Of a DNA stretch of 61,139 nucleotides, positions 55,907-61,139 are shown piece after piece; positions within the stretch are counted from its first letter, which is position 1, and every line of letters begins with the position of its first letter. The stretch is taken from the NCBI GenBank assembly GCA_001751075.1, contig MAVP01000001.1, positions 1 to 61,139 of the forward strand, read 5' to 3'. The position numbers and the translations under genes were made by a program. The stretch comes from Desulfobacterales bacterium S7086C20 (GTDB lineage Bacteria; Desulfobacterota; Desulfobacteria; Desulfobacterales; C00003060). Under the pieces are notes generated by a model. It saw only the letters and a list, made by a program, of their open reading frames with translations. It ran no database searches and was not told where the DNA came from.

Positions 55907-56135
55907 GTCAGACGATATAATCCCTTATCTAGATGACCCTGGGGATCAGCCAAAATATAACACTTTTTCTATTCACAATTCTTCTTGACAGTTTCCGTTG
56001 TAGCATTAAATTAAGTATAGTTCAAATTCGATATCTCTTGAGGTTATTGGGTGGGTTAGTGGTTGGGGTGTCTATGTTGGGTATTTCGCTCTGGGTTGGG
56101 GATTTGGGAACTCCGGAATTACTGAAGATATACGA

Positions 56136-57299
56136 ATGAGAGACTACAAACTTGCCGTTATTAATATCCTGACCTTTCTGGTTTTTTCCAATATTGCCTT
56201 CTTTTTCATGTATCCCATTTATCTCTCCGCTGTGGATGTTTCTAAAACGGGCATCGGCTTGATCATGGGCATATTCTCTGTAGCTTCTTTTATGGTGAGG
56301 CCCATTGCCGGCAAGTCGATTGATCGCGTAGGGGAAAAACCAGTACTCGTGTCCGGCCTTTTGCTAATATTTGTTTGCTCCCTTCTCTATCATGTAGTTC
56401 ATGGAATGGTAAGTGCCATATATGTTCTTCGAATTGTCCACGGCATTGGCTTTTCCGGCTTCATTGCTGCGACTTTTTCAACCATTGCCAAATTCACCCC
56501 ACATGAGATAAGGGGACGTGCTTTCAGTCTCAACGGCGCTACGATGCTTGCAGCCTTGGGATTTGTCCCTTTGGCTGGTGAACATCTCATGGATGCATTC
56601 GGACATCCGGTTATCTTTCATGGCGGGGCGGCTACAGCTCTTTTGGGCTTTAGCCTGCTTGTCTTAACGAGGAAATGGGAAAAGATCTCTGGAAGTGTTG
56701 GACCAAAGGTCAGTTACGTGAAGATCTTAAAAAATCGCTCATTTTTCTTTGTCCTAGTGGCCATGATTCTCTTTGTTAATTCTCAAGCCACTGTACTAAA
56801 CTATTTTCTTCTTTACGCAAAGACCATCGGAATCAGCGGAGGCCTGTTTCTAGGCATAGCCTTAGGTTTGGCCGTGGCTATAAGGCTTTTTGGGGGCGCC
56901 GTCCTTGACAGATACAGTAAACTGTTGATCATTCGGATTTGCTTCGTTTCATTCGGGCTCGGTATCATGCTGATTTACAAGCTTGATTCGACTTTCTTCT
57001 ATGTTCTTTCCTTTATTTTGTATGGGGCAGGATTGGGATATGTTTTCCCCGCATTAAATGCCTTGGGAGCAGAACAAGGTTCGGTAGAGCAAAAGGCAGG
57101 CATGATGAGTATGCTCACTATGGCTATCGATGGAGGGTTCATTCTGGGAAGCGTTTTTTCAGGAGGGCTTTCTGATATCATAGGCCTTTCAAACACCTTT
57201 GTCTTTGCCGGCGCAGTCTCCTTATTGGGAGTCGCCGTTACATCTTTTGCACCTATCAGAGAACATGCTTTGAAATATCAGTCAGCACCTGAAATTTAA
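56136..57299 (+). CDS. MFS transporter
   Basis: 12-TM pattern with GKSIDRVGEKP between TM2 and TM3. Confidence 0.75.
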   Translation: MRDYKLAVINILTFLVFSNIAFFFMYPIYLSAVDVSKTGIGLIMGIFSVASFMVRPIAGKSIDRVGEKPVLVSGLLLIFVCSLLYHVVHGMVSAIYVLRIVHGIGFSGFIAATFSTIAKFTPHEIRGRAFSLNGATMLAALGFVPLAGEHLMDAFGHPVIFHGGAATALLGFSLLVLTRKWEKISGSVGPKVSYVKILKNRSFFFVLVAMILFVNSQATVLNYFLLYAKTIGISGGLFLGIALGLAVAIRLFGGAVLDRYSKLLIIRICFVSFGLGIMLIYKLDSTFFYVLSFILYGAGLGYVFPALNALGAEQGSVEQKAGMMSMLTMAIDGGFILGSVFSGGLSDIIGLSNTFVFAGAVSLLGVAVTSFAPIREHALKYQSAPEI

Positions 57300-57398
57300 C
57301 CGGGGCCTCTTAAGATCCACCTTCCGGGAATTTTATTGACAAAAGAACAAAAAAGCCATAATTTACTAGGTTTCAATTGATGAATGGGAGAGTAACCT

Positions 57399-57626
57399 TT
57401 GAAAAGAGGGTTTATAAGGATAAACAGGGATTTGTGCAAGGGGTGTGGCCTTTGCATCACTGCATGTCCTAAGCAGAGCATCAAGATGAGCGAAAGCCTT
57501 AACATCAAGGGCTATCATCCCGCCGAATACACTGAAGACGAAAAGAGCGAAGATCGCACATGCACAGGCTGCGCTTTGTGTGCAATAATGTGCCCTGATG
57601 TAGCCATTGAGGTGTTCCGTGGATAA
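57399..57626 (+). CDS. 2-oxoacid:ferredoxin oxidoreductase delta (2x 4Fe-4S ferredoxin) subunit
   Basis: TTG start. CKGCGLCITACP and CTGCALCAIMCP. Confidence 0.75.
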   Translation: MKRGFIRINRDLCKGCGLCITACPKQSIKMSESLNIKGYHPAEYTEDEKSEDRTCTGCALCAIMCPDVAIEVFRG

Positions 57627-58689
57627 GAAATTGATGCGTGGAAGCCATGTGATAGCAGAGGCGGCAACGCTGGCCGGGTGCCGTTTTTATGCGGGCTATC
57701 CCATTACGCCTCAAAATGAGCTGCCCGAATATATGTCCGGACGTTTTGCTAAACTGGAAGATGCAACTTTTATTCAGGCAGAAAGCGAATTGGCTGCTAT
57801 CAACATCCTGATGGGGGCAAGCATGACAGGCGCACGGGTTATGACGTCGTCTTCCAGCCCTGGGATAAGCCTGAAACAAGAAGGCATCTCTTACATGGCC
57901 GGCATGGAGCTACCGGCCGTAATAGTCAACATCATGCGCGGGGGACCGGGCCTCGGAAACATTGCCCCCAGCCAGCAGGACTATTTCCAGGCCACCAGGG
58001 GTGGGGGTCATGGGGGATATCGGACCATCGTGCTGGCTCCATACTCGGGACAGGAACTGGTGACATTAACCATGAAGGCCTTTGATCTGGCTGACACCTA
58101 CCGTATGCCCGTGGTCTTACTTGGTGATGGGCTTATAGGCCAGATGATGGAACCGGTCACATTTCCGGAACCAGTAGACCCGGCCACCCTTCCTAAAAAG
58201 GAGTGGACTCTTTCCGGCGCCAAAGGCAGGGACAGTCGTCTCATCGCCTCGTTGTTGCTCGATCCTGTCAAGATGGAACAGCACAACTGGAAACTTGCCA
58301 GAAAATACGAAACTATCTCTCAGCGTGAAACTGCTTATGAACCATATCTTCTGGATGATGCCACGCTGGCGGTTGTGGCTTTCGGCACGGCAGCTCGCAT
58401 CGCAAAGGGAGCTGTCAATCGCGCAAGAAAAGAGGGAATTAAGGCAGGCCTTTTTCGTCCAATTACATTGTGGCCTTTTCCTGAAACGGAATTAAAAACA
58501 CTTGCGGGAAAGGTAAAGCACATACTCGTGTTCGAGATGAATCTCGGACAAATGCTTGAAGACGTAAGGCTGAGTGTCGGGACAGAGGCGGCAATCCATT
58601 TCCATGGCCGGCCTGGCGGGATCATATCAACACCACAAGAGATTGCAGATGTAATAATCAAGCTTGCGTATAGGCACGAGCTGGATTAG
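57619..58689 (+). CDS. 2-oxoacid:ferredoxin oxidoreductase alpha subunit
   Basis: A GTG overlaps the delta stop (GTGGATAA). GSHVIAEAATLAGCRFYAGYPITP. Confidence 0.85.
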   Translation: MDKKLMRGSHVIAEAATLAGCRFYAGYPITPQNELPEYMSGRFAKLEDATFIQAESELAAINILMGASMTGARVMTSSSSPGISLKQEGISYMAGMELPAVIVNIMRGGPGLGNIAPSQQDYFQATRGGGHGGYRTIVLAPYSGQELVTLTMKAFDLADTYRMPVVLLGDGLIGQMMEPVTFPEPVDPATLPKKEWTLSGAKGRDSRLIASLLLDPVKMEQHNWKLARKYETISQRETAYEPYLLDDATLAVVAFGTAARIAKGAVNRARKEGIKAGLFRPITLWPFPETELKTLAGKVKHILVFEMNLGQMLEDVRLSVGTEAAIHFHGRPGGIISTPQEIADVIIKLAYRHELD

Positions 58690-58757
58690 CCTGCATTGTG
58701 ATTAGCGTTCAAGCCACGTTATATAAGATCGCGAAGTAATTTTATTGAGGAAATTGT

Positions 58758-59510
58758 ATGGTCAAGCAGGTATTCAAAAAACCGGAATCACTGAAGGAAA
58801 ACATTTATCATTATTGCCCTGGATGCGGTCACAGTATTATCCACAGACTTATAGCCGAGGTAATTGATGAGTTTGGAATCCGTGAAAAGACCATTGGCGT
58901 TCCTCCGGCCGGGTGCGCTGTTTTAGCCTACAACTACCTTGATGTCGATATGGGGGAAGCCCCCCATGGTCGCGCCGTTGCCGTAGCTACCGGGATAAAG
59001 CGCGCGCGGCCGGATTTTGTCGTATTTACTTACCAGGGTGATGGAGACATTGCCGCCATCGGAACGGCGGAGACAATCCATGCAGCTAACCGGGGAGAAC
59101 GCCTGACTGTGATTTTTGTAAATAACGGTGTCTACGGCATGACAGGCGGTCAGATGGCCCCTACCACCTTGCTGGGGCAAATTACTACCACAACACCAGG
59201 GGGCAGGGTAGGACTGCGTGACGGCTATCCTTTGGATCTAAGCCAGATGCTGGCCGTCGCGGCAGGAAGTGTCTATGTGGAAAGGACCTCGGTAACATCA
59301 CCAAAGAATGTCATCAAAACCAAGAAGGCCATCAAGAAGGCCTTTCAGGTGCAGATGGATGACCTTGGTTTTTCTCTCGTGGAAATCTTGTCTCCATGCC
59401 CCACGAACTGGAAACTTTCCTCTGTGGATTCCTGCAAGAGGATTAACGAAGAGGTAGTCAAAAATTATCCGCTTAAGGTTATAAAGGATACGACTCAAAC
59501 GAATGGCTAA
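58758..59510 (+). CDS. 2-oxoacid:ferredoxin oxidoreductase beta (TPP-binding) subunit
   Basis: YCPGCGHS and the GDGD...NN TPP motif. Confidence 0.85.
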   Translation: MVKQVFKKPESLKENIYHYCPGCGHSIIHRLIAEVIDEFGIREKTIGVPPAGCAVLAYNYLDVDMGEAPHGRAVAVATGIKRARPDFVVFTYQGDGDIAAIGTAETIHAANRGERLTVIFVNNGVYGMTGGQMAPTTLLGQITTTTPGGRVGLRDGYPLDLSQMLAVAAGSVYVERTSVTSPKNVIKTKKAIKKAFQVQMDDLGFSLVEILSPCPTNWKLSSVDSCKRINEEVVKNYPLKVIKDTTQTNG

Positions 59511-59578
59511 GAGTCAGCCATGCAGACACGAAACAAGGACTAATATTTTTTAGTGTCTTCGTAGCGAAGCTCGTTTAC

Positions 59579-60133
59579 ATGATGACAATAACAAAGACCA
59601 TATTTTCCGGGTTTGGAGGACAAGGCGTCCTAATGATGGGTTATGTCCTGGCAACATCGGGTATGCATGAAGACAAGCATGTCGCCTATCTCCCAGCCTA
59701 TGGGGCGGAGGTTCGCGGTGGCACGGCCAACTGCACCATCACAATCAGCAATGAGCCCATCGCCTCTCCTGTTGCATCTTTTCCTGACTTTGCGGTACTT
59801 ATGAATACCCCTTCTGTTCTTCGATTTGAGGGAAAAGTCAAGGCCGGCGGCGTGGTTTTTTTAAACAAAGATCTCGTGGATGTAATGCCAAAGCGCAGCG
59901 ATATAGAAGTAGTGCAAGTGCCGGTTAACAGTATTGCCCAAAATCTCGGCAACCCACGTAGCGCCAACATGGTGATGATTGGGGCTTTAGTCGCAAAGAC
60001 AGGTTTGGTTTCACTAAGCACAGTGGTTGAAAGTGTTAAGGAGATTTTTGCAACAAAGGGTCTGAAGGTCCACGAGATAAATGCTCAAGCTATTAAGCAA
60101 GGAGCAGCCTTTGTACAAAAGAATAATCCTTAG
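59579..60133 (+). CDS. 2-oxoacid:ferredoxin oxidoreductase gamma subunit
   Basis: FSGFGGQGVLMMG. The D-A-B-C gene order matches oorDABC/korDABG, which suggests but does not prove 2-oxoglutarate specificity. Confidence 0.8.
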   Translation: MMTITKTIFSGFGGQGVLMMGYVLATSGMHEDKHVAYLPAYGAEVRGGTANCTITISNEPIASPVASFPDFAVLMNTPSVLRFEGKVKAGGVVFLNKDLVDVMPKRSDIEVVQVPVNSIAQNLGNPRSANMVMIGALVAKTGLVSLSTVVESVKEIFATKGLKVHEINAQAIKQGAAFVQKNNP

Positions 60134-60174
60134 ACAAGATCTACTGGACAAGAAGTGCAAAAGGGTATTTTGCT

Positions 60175-60597
60175 ATGACTGTAAAGGAAGTTGTACTAGA
60201 CATTGAAAACCGGTCCGGAGAGCTATCTCGAATTATTGCCCACCTCTATGAAAATGACGTAAATGTCTCCGCCTTCTGGGTAAGCACAAGAAAAACTGAA
60301 GCCACCCTTCGACTTATTGCCGGCAACCCTGAATTGGCCTCATCAGTCTTGGCTGGTCTGAACCTTAAGGCCACCACATCAGATGCAATAGCCCTCCAGG
60401 TGCCAAACCACCCGGGCGGACTGAACTCAGTCCTAAAGATCCTCAGCTCTGCAGATATCGATATTGTCCATATTTACCCTTGCCTTAACACACCAGATAC
60501 CATTTTAATCCTGAGTGTCGATAAGACCGAACAAGCCGTTAAAGCATTGACCGACAACTGGATCAAGCTTTACGATGAAAAACTGTATAAGCTGTAA
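60175..60597 (+). CDS. Tandem ACT-domain protein
   Basis: Two ACT-like beta-alpha-beta-beta-alpha-beta blocks (LDIENRSGELSRI..., LQVPNHPGGLNSVL). Confidence 0.65.
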   Translation: MTVKEVVLDIENRSGELSRIIAHLYENDVNVSAFWVSTRKTEATLRLIAGNPELASSVLAGLNLKATTSDAIALQVPNHPGGLNSVLKILSSADIDIVHIYPCLNTPDTILILSVDKTEQAVKALTDNWIKLYDEKLYKL

Positions 60598-60603
60598 TGT
60601 GTC

Positions 60604-60948
60604 ATGATCATCCAATCATACCGCTTTGGCCACATTGAGATCGACGGAAAAGTCTACCGGGACGATGTCAAGCTGGTTGGAAACAAGGTGATACCCGGTT
60701 GGTGGCGCTCAAGTGGCCACCTGGTTCAGCTACACGACGTAAAGGATCTGCTCAAAGCTGATGCCGAGGTATGCATTTTCGGCACTGGCGCCTACGGGGG
60801 CATGAAAGTGTCTGAGGCTGTCGTTTCTTCTATTGAAGGCCTTGGCATGAAGGTTTTGTTGGCAAAAACGGAATCGGCGTGCGACTCCTACAATCGACTC
60901 ACCAAAGAAGGCAAACGAGTCATAACCGGCTTCCATTTGACATGCTGA
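60604..60948 (+). CDS. MTH938-like (DUF498 / NDUFAF3-like) protein
   Basis: FGHIEIDGKVYRDDVKL....V.........H......D.......EV.IFGTG. Confidence 0.65.
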   Translation: MIIQSYRFGHIEIDGKVYRDDVKLVGNKVIPGWWRSSGHLVQLHDVKDLLKADAEVCIFGTGAYGGMKVSEAVVSSIEGLGMKVLLAKTESACDSYNRLTKEGKRVITGFHLTC

Positions 60949-60993
60949 ATTTGACTTGCCATAGAAGGCTCATTTGAAAACTTACTGGTGAAC

Positions 60994-61139
60994 TTAGGGC
61001 TCGCGCAAAAATAACTTCACATTTTGGCATCTCAGCTTCAGCCCATCTTTGACCGATGCCTTATTCACAAAATCCTCGAAATAGCTCGCTATGTCTGCGG
61101 TTTTGCTCAATCGGATCGGCCAAATCTGCACCAAATCTG
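60994..61139. repeat. Family B-like element, cut by the window end
   Basis: AGGGCTCGCGCAAAAATAACTTCACATTTTGG resembles the left arm at 13441, and there is an internal hairpin GGCATC..GATGCC. The rest is divergent or incomplete. Confidence 0.4.

Overview
This is a chromosomal window with the gene content of a Desulfobacterota (deltaproteobacterial, sulfate-reducer-like) anaerobe. There are no rRNA genes, CRISPR arrays or transposases.

Gene content, left to right:
- PAS histidine kinase with a Cys-rich N-terminus, and a divergent CheY-like receiver.
- Seven-gene Rnf-like operon: membrane-anchored tetraheme cytochrome c3, rnfCDGEA, and an rnfB fused to a GltD-like NAD(P)H flavoprotein.
- NiFe-hydrogenase maturation protease, two overlapping radical-SAM genes, and a Tat-exported periplasmic [NiFe] hydrogenase (small and large subunits) behind a sigma54-type promoter.
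- tRNA-Leu(CAG), ribF, a UPF0104 membrane protein, a DUF1573 gene, fmt, a stand-alone PASTA protein and rpe.
- The conserved ffh-rpsP-KH-rimM-trmD-SPOUT-rplS-rnhB-yraN-rsmI block.
- rlmN, queF, a lipoprotein, vapBC, a receiver-adenylate cyclase, dusB, a PgaB-C-terminal-like protein, a small HNH nuclease, a DEAD-box helicase, an ATP-grasp gene and era.
- cusCBA with a His-rich periplasmic protein and a TlpA-like thioredoxin.
- An MFS transporter, cysE-cysK-nifU-nifS, a YdjM-like hydrolase and a second MFS transporter.
- A four-subunit 2-oxoacid:ferredoxin oxidoreductase in oorDABC order, an ACT protein and an MTH938-like protein.

Most notable observations:
1. The Rnf-like complex looks rewired. 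RnfC lacks the GGAGFP NADH/FMN motif, RnfD lacks the SGAT flavinylation motif, RnfB carries a complete GltD-like NAD(P)H module, and the operon opens with a cytochrome c3.
2. Two in-frame-TGA selenoprotein candidates. One is a secreted DUF1573 protein with U-G-C in place of the family's C-G-C. The other is a decayed thioredoxin-like UxxC gene.
3. Several families of 80-280 bp imperfect-palindrome or MITE-like elements fill most of the long intergenic spacers. One family has four same-orientation copies. An 84-nt repeat pair keeps its hairpin through G-U wobbles.
4. The radical-SAM pair is bracketed by palindromic elements and separates the hydrogenase protease from its structural genes.
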